In this document: piece by piece, positions 1-6,598 of the stretch
Numbering within the stretch: the stretch's first letter is position 1
How the letters are laid out: every line of letters begins with the position of its first letter
Virus record (IMG/VR): IMGVR_UViG_3300032212_000111
Coordinates: 1 to 31,587 of that record
Length of the DNA: 31,587 nt
Reading direction: 5' to 3' (one strand)
DNA from: a virus
Lineage: Duplodnaviria; Caudoviricetes
Translations under genes and position numbers: made by a program
Notes under the pieces: generated by a model
Databases searched by the model: none
Told to the model about the DNA's origin: nothing
What the model saw: the letters and a program-made list of their open reading frames with translations, nothing else

Positions 1-66
1 CTGCCATTCTGAATCCCCTATAGCTACAACCTCTGCAACGTCCTCAAGCTCAATTAAAGCGTTTTC
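1..66. repeat. Terminal direct repeat, left copy (66 bp; assembly overlap of a circular/permuted genome)
   Basis: 1-66 is identical base for base to 31522-31587. Confidence 0.97.
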
Positions 67-165
67 ACACTCATTAAACGGGATGCCGCTATATTCTGCT
101 ATCTCGCTTGTTGATAATAAGCCGTGTGTATCGAGTGTTTTTATGATTCTTTGTTTTTCGTTCAT
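1..165 (-). CDS. 57-aa winged-helix-like protein spanning the circular junction (165->1, then 31521->31513)
   Basis: Manual translation MNEKQRIIKTLDTHGLLSTSEIAEYSGIPFNECENALIELEDVAEVVAIGDSEWQLM*; AGGGG SD; wHTH-like pattern; not in the ORF track. Confidence 0.7.
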   Translation of the reverse strand, partial: MNEKQRIIKTLDTHGLLSTSEIAEYSGIPFNECENALIELEDVAEVVAIGDSEWQ

Positions 166-183
166 TTTTATCCCCTTTCTGGT

Positions 184-561
184 TTATTTATCTATAACCT
201 CAAAACTTATACACATATCCTCGTCTGCCTGCATTAACATGATTCTTTCTTCTTCGTAATTCCCGTCCTCGCAAACAAATCTTATGTAAGGCTTATCGAA
301 CTCAATAAAGAAAGCTGCCTGCATGTTATCGCTCATATATCTTACTTCGCCGTCAGCCTCGCAATCCAGTTCTGTTATACCCAGCTCAGCAAGCCAATTA
401 ACTCTGACAAAATCGCCGGATTGAATATGAACCCCATTAACATCAAGCACTCCGGTTTTTATCCCGATTTCATCTCGTACGTGCTGCCTCATCTGTGTAA
501 AGACCTGAGCTGCGCTCATTTCGCCTTGAGCAATCTTGTTCTCAATCTCTCTTATCTCCAT
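184..561 (-). CDS. YopX-like phage protein with a short N-terminal extension
   Basis: TGVLDVNGVHIQSGDFVRV...GEVRY...FEVI resembles the YopX C-terminal 'TGLKDKNGKEIYEGDIV...EVIG' signature; AGGGG SD. Confidence 0.6.
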   Translation of the reverse strand: MEIREIENKIAQGEMSAAQVFTQMRQHVRDEIGIKTGVLDVNGVHIQSGDFVRVNWLAELGITELDCEADGEVRYMSDNMQAAFFIEFDKPYIRFVCEDGNYEEERIMLMQADEDMCISFEVIDK

Positions 562-600
562 TTTTATCCCCTCATTGCCGCGCTTATGCGGTCTTTGTAG

Positions 601-789
601 TTACTTTAATTTAACCGGCTTCCAGTTTGGATCGTCCAATTCAAATTTACCAATGACTGCCTCTATTCGCTGGCGATTTTCTTTAAACCATTCTCGCCCT
701 GCTTCAATAGGCTTAGTGCGGGATTGTCGCGGTGTATCGGTTTGTCCAATAATTTGTTTAAGTCGTCGAATCTCTGCTGTGTGATCCAT
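601..789 (-). CDS. Hypothetical protein (overlaps the 3' end of the P-like gene)
   Basis: 62-aa ORF in operon orientation, but it overlaps the upstream gene by 127 bp. Confidence 0.4.
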   Translation of the reverse strand: MDHTAEIRRLKQIIGQTDTPRQSRTKPIEAGREWFKENRQRIEAVIGKFELDDPNWKPVKLK

Positions 790-1307
790 TTTCTATCCTT
801 TGCGGTCAATAGTGCCGCTGCTTTGATTTGCTGTTTTTGCTCATGTGAGCCGATTGATGGGGCTGTGTAGAAATACTTGGCCTTTTCACCGCTGGCGTTA
901 GCGTTTGTCACCGATCGCTTGTAAGCCGCAATAAATGCCATTCTTGCGCCTATCATGTCGCCTCGGTCAATAGAATCCAGACAAGCACCCATGCCTTCCA
1001 TGATTTGCTGGGTTACATATCCACCCTCATATTCTGTCTTTGGTAGCGCGTTCCATGCTTCATCTGGGCTTAGGTGACCTGAGTTATCCGGTAGCAGCTC
1101 AACGATTGAGGCTGGCACTGGTGGAAATTTGTCGTTTCTGGTGTGCTGACTAAAAGCCATGCTGATTTGCTCAAAACTATAATCTTTTAAAATTTCCCAC
1201 CATACCCGCATAGTGCCTTTGTCTGCCTGCTTACCGTAAACCGCCATTACTTCGGTTAATAATTCTGCAAATTGTTGTTTATTTTCCACGATTAAAGTCT
1301 CCCTCAA
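663..1307 (-). CDS. Replication protein P-like / helicase loader-inhibitor-like protein
   Basis: Directly follows the O-like gene; 'WWEILKDYSFEQISMAF..H.R..KFPPVPASI' is typical of phage helicase-loader-type proteins. The start may be the GTG at 1289. Confidence 0.6.
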   Translation of the reverse strand: MRETLIVENKQQFAELLTEVMAVYGKQADKGTMRVWWEILKDYSFEQISMAFSQHTRNDKFPPVPASIVELLPDNSGHLSPDEAWNALPKTEYEGGYVTQQIMEGMGACLDSIDRGDMIGARMAFIAAYKRSVTNANASGEKAKYFYTAPSIGSHEQKQQIKAAALLTAKDRKWITQQRFDDLNKLLDKPIHRDNPALSLLKQGENGLKKIASE

Positions 1308-1989
1308 TTACATTTCCATCATCAAGCCATTCGTCATATTTCCTATCTGCTTCTGACTTAATGCCAAGTTGACCGAAATACTGGTTAAAATTAGTTGCGT
1401 TAAACAACGTCTTTGGCCTAAGAAACTTTTGCATTTTTGGATCGTTTTGCCATTCCTGTTTTTTGTAATCAATTACGTTCATCATATCCAAATCTTTGTA
1501 CCCTTCTTTGAGCCTTGCCGTTATCAGGCTTGTATTGCTATCTACGCACCTGAATTTTGATCCAAGTTCATTATTCATGTATTCCAAAATCATTTTGGAA
1601 ATAGCCAAATAGTCGGGCTTGCCCGACAGTGTAGTTTCTTCCTCTGTACTTAACTTAACTTCCTTCTTATCTGTAGCGTCACCTTGACTACCATCTGGCG
1701 TCACTGTGACGTCACCCTCTAAAAACCCTAGTGATATTAATGCTTTAAGGTCTGGAGTTTCGCTCATGTTGCATAGTTTTTTAACTTTTGATGCTGACGC
1801 CGGTATGACGCCATCACGACTACTGGCTAGCAACCAGATGGCGACCAGTTGGCCGCGCTGATGATCTGGAAGATCGACCCACTCCCAGTTTTGCTGCAAT
1901 TCTCTGTGTACTTTTATCCAAGGCGGCTTACCTCTATCGCTTCGATAGGTTTGCCATTTATCCCAATTCGCTACTTTTAAATATTCCAT
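1279..1989 (-). CDS. Replication initiator (O-like) with a Phg_2220_C-type C-terminal domain
   Basis: N-terminal 'VANWDKWQTY...PPWIKVHR'; C-terminal 'LITARLKEGY...VIDYK..EW..DPKM.KFLRPKTLF..NF..Y'. Start moved to ATG 1989 because the longer ORF start lies inside an RNA hairpin. Confidence 0.75.
   Translation of the reverse strand: MEYLKVANWDKWQTYRSDRGKPPWIKVHRELQQNWEWVDLPDHQRGQLVAIWLLASSRDGVIPASASKVKKLCNMSETPDLKALISLGFLEGDVTVTPDGSQGDATDKKEVKLSTEEETTLSGKPDYLAISKMILEYMNNELGSKFRCVDSNTSLITARLKEGYKDLDMMNVIDYKKQEWQNDPKMQKFLRPKTLFNATNFNQYFGQLGIKSEADRKYDEWLDDGNVIEGDFNRGK
1630..1716. other. Putative replication origin inside the O-like gene (CGTCAC iterons plus a strand-asymmetric tract)
   Basis: CGTCAC at 1677, 1699 and 1710 (spacing 22 and 11 bp), inverted copy at 1706; pyrimidine-rich tract at 1635-1672; lambdoid origins lie within gene O. 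Confidence 0.5.
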
Positions 1990-2000
1990 ATTAATTCCCA

Positions 2001-2073
2001 ATAAAAAACCCGCTTTAGGTGGTGGTGTTTGCGCGGAAGTTAAGGTTCTTCCCACCACCCCTAAAACGGGCTT
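2001..2073 (-). terminator. Long attenuator/terminator hairpin immediately upstream of the replication gene
   Basis: Minus strand AAGCCCGUUUUAGGGGUGGUG pairs with CACCACCACCUAAAGCGGGUUU and is followed by UUUUUAUU. Confidence 0.65.
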
Positions 2074-2088
2074 ATATCCTTATTTCTG

Positions 2089-2122
2089 TTGTTGGTGAGG
2101 CGCAAAACTCATATTCCAACAA
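2089..2122 (-). ncRNA. Small hairpin leader/antisense RNA (P4 CI / P1 c4-like), loop UUUUGCGC
   Basis: UUGUUGG-aaua-UGAG[UUUUGCGC]CUCA-CCAACAA; the loop is complementary to GCGCAAA in the downstream terminator loop. Confidence 0.5.
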
Positions 2123-2126
2123 TGTT

Positions 2127-2154
2127 ATTTTACTATTTTATTTTTGTTAATCAA
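2127..2154 (-). promoter_or_regulatory. Possible sigma70 promoter TTGATT-16-TAAAAT
   Basis: Predicted +1 falls at the first bases of the small hairpin; the AT-rich context lowers specificity. Confidence 0.4.
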
Positions 2155-2155
2155 G

Positions 2156-2290
2156 TTAAATATCTGTCGGGTCTATTTTTGAATATTTATCTTTCCATCC
2201 GCATGTGTGGCACGTAAACCAACCATTACGGCAAGTTCCGCCGCCAGTGCATATACCTAGCTTTTTACATAACCATGCTCTTATATTCAT
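2156..2290 (-). CDS. 44-aa Cys-rich (zinc-ribbon-like) small protein
   Basis: MNIRAWLCKKLGICTGGGTCRNGWFTCHTCGWKDKYSKIDPTDI*; AGGG SD; abuts the upstream stop codon. Confidence 0.55.
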   Translation of the reverse strand: MNIRAWLCKKLGICTGGGTCRNGWFTCHTCGWKDKYSKIDPTDI

Positions 2291-2291
2291 A

Positions 2292-2582
2292 TTATTTCCC
2301 CTTTATCAGTTCTAATATCTCATCAAGGCTTGTGACTATGGCATATTGGCCGCGATACGTTTCCAGTAACTCTTTCTGCCCTTCCTTGATGAATGATGGC
2401 AATATTTCTCCGGTACGCTTAGAGCGGCTCTCAGGCCGTTTTAGCTCTATCCAGTAATTGCGTCCATTGTGGCCAATTAGCAAATCATCCATGCCTGTTA
2501 TGACGGAATAGCCCAGCTTCCGTAAATCTTTTACGATTTGCTGTTGGTTGTCGTCTATTCTGTCTTTGCGTTGGCGTGGCAT
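2292..2582 (-). CDS. VRR-NUC family PD-(D/E)xK nuclease (Holliday junction resolvase-like)
   Basis: RIDDNQQQIVKDLRKLGYSV...DDLLIG...WIELK...GQKE motif set. Confidence 0.75.
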   Translation of the reverse strand: MPRQRKDRIDDNQQQIVKDLRKLGYSVITGMDDLLIGHNGRNYWIELKRPESRSKRTGEILPSFIKEGQKELLETYRGQYAIVTSLDEILELIKGK

Positions 2583-2809
2583 TAATCATCAACCTGCACA
2601 CCAACATCCAACAAATCAAGCTTAAATTGCTCAATCATCCATAGTATTTCGCCGCCATCGGCTATGGTGCTGGCATTGTATTGATTCCCTTCTTTGTCGT
2701 AACCGATAATGATAACGTCTTGCAATATACCTTTTGCCTCGCTTAATACGCGGTCGATCGGAATATCTAGCTTAGTTAAGCCGCCTATTGGTATTACGTT
2801 ATCAGTCAT
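2582..2809 (-). CDS. Hypothetical phage protein (75 aa, MTDNVIPIGG...)
   Basis: ATG 2809 overlaps the upstream stop (ATGACTGA); its own stop overlaps the next start (TAATG). Confidence 0.65.
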   Translation of the reverse strand: MTDNVIPIGGLTKLDIPIDRVLSEAKGILQDVIIIGYDKEGNQYNASTIADGGEILWMIEQFKLDLLDVGVQVDD

Positions 2810-3083
2810 GTGCTGGCGGCTTTGGCTTTGTTGTTTGGATGCCATCTGATCGTCGATAAGAATCACACCGCCCCCAATAGAATATCCATTGTTTCTTTTC
2901 TTGTGTTGATAGATCGGTTTTCTTTGGCTCTTCATCACCATAACAGCTAACAAGCTGGCTCTTTTCCCAAAATTCAATATCGGTTGATATGTCGTTAGCC
3001 ATTTCCGAAACCTTTGTTTGCTGCCCGCACGATGGTAGTTTTTCGATCTCTTGGCAAAGCTTGATCAATCTAGGTGAAATCAT
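2802..3083 (-). CDS. Hypothetical protein (cII position)
   Basis: GAGG SD; first gene after cro and its terminator. Confidence 0.6.
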   Translation of the reverse strand: MISPRLIKLCQEIEKLPSCGQQTKVSEMANDISTDIEFWEKSQLVSCYGDEEPKKTDLSTQEKKQWIFYWGRCDSYRRSDGIQTTKPKPPAHD

Positions 3084-3177
3084 AATCTATACCTCTGTTT
3101 GTATGGCGGAATCACTGGCTTTAGCCCCGAACGGTTGCCCTTCGGTTATTACCTTGTCGCGCATTACCAGCTATCCA

Positions 3178-3249
3178 TAATAAAAAGCCCCATCCTCAAA
3201 ACAACCAAGGCGGGCAAGGATAAGCGGCAATAATGAGAAACCGCTTATC
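3178..3249 (-). terminator. Hairpin plus terminator-like structure downstream of cro (tR1/nut-like position)
   Basis: GATAAGCGG-N13-CCGCTTATC (3219-3249), then an imperfect GCCC...GGGC stem followed by UUUUUAUU. Confidence 0.45.
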
Positions 3250-3257
3250 GGGGGAGA

Positions 3258-3431
3258 TTATTTTATTTGCTCTCCAGTTAATCTTTCCAAATCCTCAATA
3301 TATTTATCAGGGATTGATAATCTCGCCAGCCATGCGCTCGGAACGGCGCGAGAGTTTAAGTTTAATTTAGCGGCTATATTGGCTAAATTGTGCTTTCTGA
3401 GCCTATTGGCTAGTCGTTTTTTAATTTTCAT
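3258..3431 (-). CDS. cro: Cro-like HTH repressor (57 aa, leaderless)
   Basis: MKIKKRLANRLRKHNLANIAAKLNLNSRAVPSAWLARLSIPDKYIEDLERLTGEQIK*; Cro-type 'IAAKL...AV..W....IP'; first gene from the leftward promoter; not in the ORF track. Confidence 0.7.
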   Translation of the reverse strand: MKIKKRLANRLRKHNLANIAAKLNLNSRAVPSAWLARLSIPDKYIEDLERLTGEQIK

Positions 3432-3436
3432 TCCCG

Positions 3437-3466
3437 ATTATAGGCACATCGTCAACATAAGGTCAA
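3437..3466 (-). promoter_or_regulatory. Leftward sigma70 promoter TTGACC-18-TATAAT
   Basis: -35 at 3461-3466, -10 at 3437-3442; ATG of cro follows after a 5-nt gap. Confidence 0.75.
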
Positions 3467-3512
3467 CACATTTATTTTATGAATTAGCCTAAATAAATGT
3501 TGACAGTCAACA
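3451..3512. promoter_or_regulatory. Operator-like GTCAACA half-sites, including the palindrome TGTTGAC-A-GTCAACA
   Basis: GTCAACA at 3451, 3462 and 3506; inverted copy at 3498; they overlap both -35 boxes. Confidence 0.6.
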
Positions 3513-3528
3513 CAAAGGCGAGTATCTT
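3500..3528 (+). promoter_or_regulatory. Rightward sigma70 promoter TTGACA-17-TATCTT
   Basis: Consensus -35 and 17-bp spacer, upstream of the early recombination operon. Confidence 0.75.
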
Positions 3529-3561
3529 TGGCCTTACAGATTAAAACAACGGGGAAAGATA

Positions 3562-3993
3562 ATGACATATAAAACAGAAGAAATGGATACATTAACAAGC
3601 TACTCAGGAGAGCTGGCCTGCGCTTTTGCAAAAGGCCATGAGGATATTAAAGCAATAAGCCTAAACTCAAGCGCACAGGGCAGCACGGCGATTGTTGAAT
3701 TTAAGGGCATGTTGTACCGCGTTGAGATAATCCCTACGTTTCGCAAAATAACCATGATGAAACCGGTTAAGCCTGATTTGCAGGTGATATTTAATTCTCT
3801 TAATGCTGGCAGCGAAGTGTCTTGTGATGATTGCCCTTATTTCACAATGGATAATCCCGATCTGGATGATGAGCCTGAAAGCTGGTCGGCTAAATGTACA
3901 CCAGAAGATTATGGTAGTTGTCCACAAGCAGCCATACGTTTTGAGGATGATATGGAGCAATATGAGCGTGATTTAGAGGATTACAACTTATGA
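3562..3993 (+). CDS. Hypothetical early protein with an acidic, Cys-containing C-terminus
   Basis: GGGG SD; CxxC...C...C; ATGA-type coupling to the next gene. Confidence 0.7.
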   Translation: MTYKTEEMDTLTSYSGELACAFAKGHEDIKAISLNSSAQGSTAIVEFKGMLYRVEIIPTFRKITMMKPVKPDLQVIFNSLNAGSEVSCDDCPYFTMDNPDLDDEPESWSAKCTPEDYGSCPQAAIRFEDDMEQYERDLEDYNL

Positions 3994-4277
3994 GTAAGCA
4001 TACAGAGTTACCTTGGGGCTTTAATAGGAAATATAGCGATTCTGGATACCGATACCACGCCATTTTTAATAATAAATATGACGATGTGTTAGGGCAATCC
4101 GGCTATATTAAAACCGATGATTGCAGGTTCATTGTTAAGGCTTGTAATAATCATTATCAACTGATTGCTGCGTTAGAGCTAATTGCGTCAGGAGAGAATG
4201 AAAACGGACTAATTATAGGTTCGGCAGAAATGCAGGCAATAGCGTCTCAAGCCATAAAGGATGCCAGTGATGAATAG
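3990..4277 (+). CDS. Hypothetical phage early protein ('HT..PW...FIVKACN.H..L..AL' type)
   Basis: Common phage early-gene motif; GAGG SD; 4-bp overlap. Confidence 0.7.
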   Translation: MSKHTELPWGFNRKYSDSGYRYHAIFNNKYDDVLGQSGYIKTDDCRFIVKACNNHYQLIAALELIASGENENGLIIGSAEMQAIASQAIKDASDE

Positions 4278-4449
4278 CGCCATGAAACGGGGAAACGGCA
4301 ACATAAGAGCATCACTATTCTTTGTGGGCTTTGTTGTGGCTTGGCTGTTTATTTTGTCTGAGTATGCAATGGCCGATTTCTGGATTGATGTGCCGGTCTT
4401 AACAGAGGCCGATTGTGAATGTGAAAATGGAGGATTTGATTGTGAGTAA
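4270..4449 (+). CDS. Small membrane-anchored protein
   Basis: Hydrophobic stretch LFFVGFVVAWLFIL; coupled to both neighbouring genes. Confidence 0.55.
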   Translation: MNSAMKRGNGNIRASLFFVGFVVAWLFILSEYAMADFWIDVPVLTEADCECENGGFDCE

Positions 4450-5197
4450 AAAACGAATGAAGAAAATTACACCAGAGCCGATTACACTGGTAACTAGCGA
4501 ACCGGTAGCAATTAGCCCTATTCAAGCCGCTATGCAAGCCGGTGCAAGCCCATCCGAGTTATTGCAGTTTATGGAATTGCAAGAGCGACACGATGCCAAT
4601 GAAGCAAGAAAGGCTTTTGTCTTGGCTATGTCAAAGTTTCGCGCTGATTGCCCGACCATCAAAAAAACTGAGGACGGTCATAATTGCAAACATGCCAGCA
4701 TTGCCGGAACGCTTAACCAGATCAAAGGATTAATGTCTGAAAATGGATTAAGCCATTCATGGCGTACAAATCAGGAAGGCAGCCAAATATCTGTTACTTG
4801 CGTGGTCACTCACTCTTTAGGTCATAGCGAGCAAACAACGCTAACAGCCGCACCTGATACGTCTGGAAGCAAAAACGCAATTCAGGCCATCGGTTCAACG
4901 GTTAAGTATTTAGAGCGCTACACCCTTGAGGCGTGTCTTGGCTTGGCTTCAAGCGAAGAAGGCGATGATGATGGCCAAGCATCAAGCGCCGAGCTAATCA
5001 GTGAAGATGCAGCCATGAGACTTCACGCCATGCTGATTGATGGCGGTCTTGATGAAGATGGTGCTGGTCGTGTTGAGCGTTACATTGCCAAAGAATTAAA
5101 GATAAGCGGTTTCTCAGCGGTTAATACAAATTCTTATGAATGGGTATTGAGTGTTTGCAAAGAGTCAATCAAGAGAAAACAAAATGAAAATTCATAA
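4442..5197 (+). CDS. erf: ERF-family single-strand annealing protein
   Basis: ERF motif 'QAIGSTVKYLERYTLEACLGLAS..DDDG'; GTG start at 4442 with GGAGG SD. Confidence 0.85.
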   Translation: MSKKRMKKITPEPITLVTSEPVAISPIQAAMQAGASPSELLQFMELQERHDANEARKAFVLAMSKFRADCPTIKKTEDGHNCKHASIAGTLNQIKGLMSENGLSHSWRTNQEGSQISVTCVVTHSLGHSEQTTLTAAPDTSGSKNAIQAIGSTVKYLERYTLEACLGLASSEEGDDDGQASSAELISEDAAMRLHAMLIDGGLDEDGAGRVERYIAKELKISGFSAVNTNSYEWVLSVCKESIKRKQNENS

Positions 5198-5810
5198 TGA
5201 CATCGAGCAAAACTCTGACCAATGGCTTGCGTTAAGGGCAGGCAAGCCCACTGCTAGCGCGTTCAGTAACTTGATAACCAGTACCGGCACGGCTTCAAAG
5301 TCTCTTCCTAACTACGCTATCACCTTAGCTGGCGAGTTATACGCAGGGAAACCATTAGATGCCTTTGAGGGTAATAGCTGGACAGAGCGAGGCCATGACC
5401 TTGAGGACAATGCTCGCGCTAAGTATGAAATGCTAAATGACATTGACGCTATCCAGATTGGCTTTGTAACTGACGATAAAGAAACGCATGGATGCTCGCC
5501 TGATTCATTGGTTGGCGATAACGGGTTATTAGAAATCAAATGCCTAAAAGCTGAGAACCACATCAAAGCAATTATGTATCACCAAAAACACGGCAAGATG
5601 CCGACTACTTACGTTCAGCAAACTCAAGGGCAGATGATGGTATGTGAACGCGACTGGTGTGATTTGGTTTTTTATCACCCTGATTTGCCAATGCTAACAA
5701 TCCGGTCTGAACCTGACACAAAAATCATTCACGGATTAAAACAAGGCATCGCTGACGTGATTGCGGAACGTGACGAAGTATTGGAAAAACTGGCTGAGAT
5801 TGCAGCCTAA
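5184..5810 (+). CDS. YqaJ / lambda-exonuclease family 5'-3' exonuclease
   Basis: EQNSDQWLALRAGKPTAS, RGHDLE, GCSPDSL, LEIKC, QTQGQM and WCDLVFY motifs. Confidence 0.88.
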   Translation: MKIHNDIEQNSDQWLALRAGKPTASAFSNLITSTGTASKSLPNYAITLAGELYAGKPLDAFEGNSWTERGHDLEDNARAKYEMLNDIDAIQIGFVTDDKETHGCSPDSLVGDNGLLEIKCLKAENHIKAIMYHQKHGKMPTTYVQQTQGQMMVCERDWCDLVFYHPDLPMLTIRSEPDTKIIHGLKQGIADVIAERDEVLEKLAEIAA

Positions 5811-5830
5811 CCACATAAGGGGAATAAGAA

Positions 5831-6208
5831 ATGGAATTGCATTGCTGTGGTTGCGGTAAAAAGGCTGAATCCAGACTGACTAACGGTGAGGAAACTTACC
5901 CGCACCGCCCTGACCTTGCATCATTGCCATTCTGGAAGTGTGACGTGTGCGGAAACTTTGTTGGCTGTCACCATAAGACCGATAACCCAACAAGGCCGCT
6001 TGGCTGCATACCAACGCCAGAGATTAAGAACGCTAGAAAGCATATACACGCGATACTTGATCCAATATGGAAAAGTAAAAAAATAAGCCGCAAGAAACTA
6101 TATGCGCTTATCAGCGAGAAAACAGGAAGAAAGTATCACACGGCTAATATTCGCAGCGTCGATGAAGCTAGAAATATTTACAAAGTGATTAGGGGTTTAG
6201 ATATTTAA
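5831..6208 (+). CDS. DUF3268-type zinc-finger protein
   Basis: CCGCG...YPHRPDL...WKCDVCGNFVGCH...PLG...ARKHIHAILDPIWK. Confidence 0.75.
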   Translation: MELHCCGCGKKAESRLTNGEETYPHRPDLASLPFWKCDVCGNFVGCHHKTDNPTRPLGCIPTPEIKNARKHIHAILDPIWKSKKISRKKLYALISEKTGRKYHTANIRSVDEARNIYKVIRGLDI

Positions 6209-6244
6209 CACCCCATCACTCATTAATAGATAAGGGTAGAGTTT

Positions 6245-6477
6245 TTAGATTTGCACATTAGCGGCGTGGAGAGAGCAGGACGCGACAGTTACTTGACCGT
6301 TAGCTTAACGGAGACACGCCTGACGACGAAGGCCAGATGATATGACTTGTATTGTATGTGGAGCCTTAAGGCGCAGGAACCGAACCGAGCCTTACAAGGG
6401 GTTTTGGTTAATCGAAGATTGCGTGTACTGCTGAAAACTGGAGCCAGACTAGCGACTGGCCTAGTGTGCAATTCTAA
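6245..6477 (+). ncRNA. Large tRNA-like structured RNA (extended acceptor stem, D-like and T-like arms, ~120-nt insertion)
   Basis: 6245-6261 pairs with 6461-6477 (1 mismatch, 1 G-U); GGCGTG/CACGCC; GCCAG-ACTAGCGA-CTGGC stacks on the closing stem. Confidence 0.6.
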
Positions 6478-6498
6478 TAACTGATGTTTATAGATTAT

Positions 6499-6531
6499 GG
6501 ACAGGTGGCGAAAAGGTAGACGCAGGTTCGG
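6499..6531 (+). pseudogene. 5' half of a class II-type tRNA (remnant)
   Basis: GGACAGG-TG-GCG-AAAAGGTAGA-CGC followed by AGGTTCG; no CCTGTCC 3' strand downstream. Confidence 0.45.
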
Positions 6532-6598
6532 ACGATGATTGTGACGTAATACAAGATGATGGTGAGCAGGCAAGGCAAGCACTAAGGGAATCAAAATA

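Noticed and set aside
1-66. Biological terminal repeat (T7-like DTR)
   Set aside because: The repeat lies within genes and the terminase is of the headful type; an assembly overlap is more likely.
1990-2058. N-terminal extension of the replication ORF (start 2058)
   Set aside because: It lies within the terminator hairpin; the family-like sequence begins at Met 1989. A regulatory upstream start cannot be wholly excluded.
6320-6438. Hammerhead ribozyme (CUGACGA at 6320 ... GAAA at 6433)
   Set aside because: Stems I-III cannot be formed around the core nucleotides.
6255-6471. tmRNA or functional tRNA
   Set aside because: No G3:U70, CCA, canonical T-loop, anticodon arm or tag peptide.
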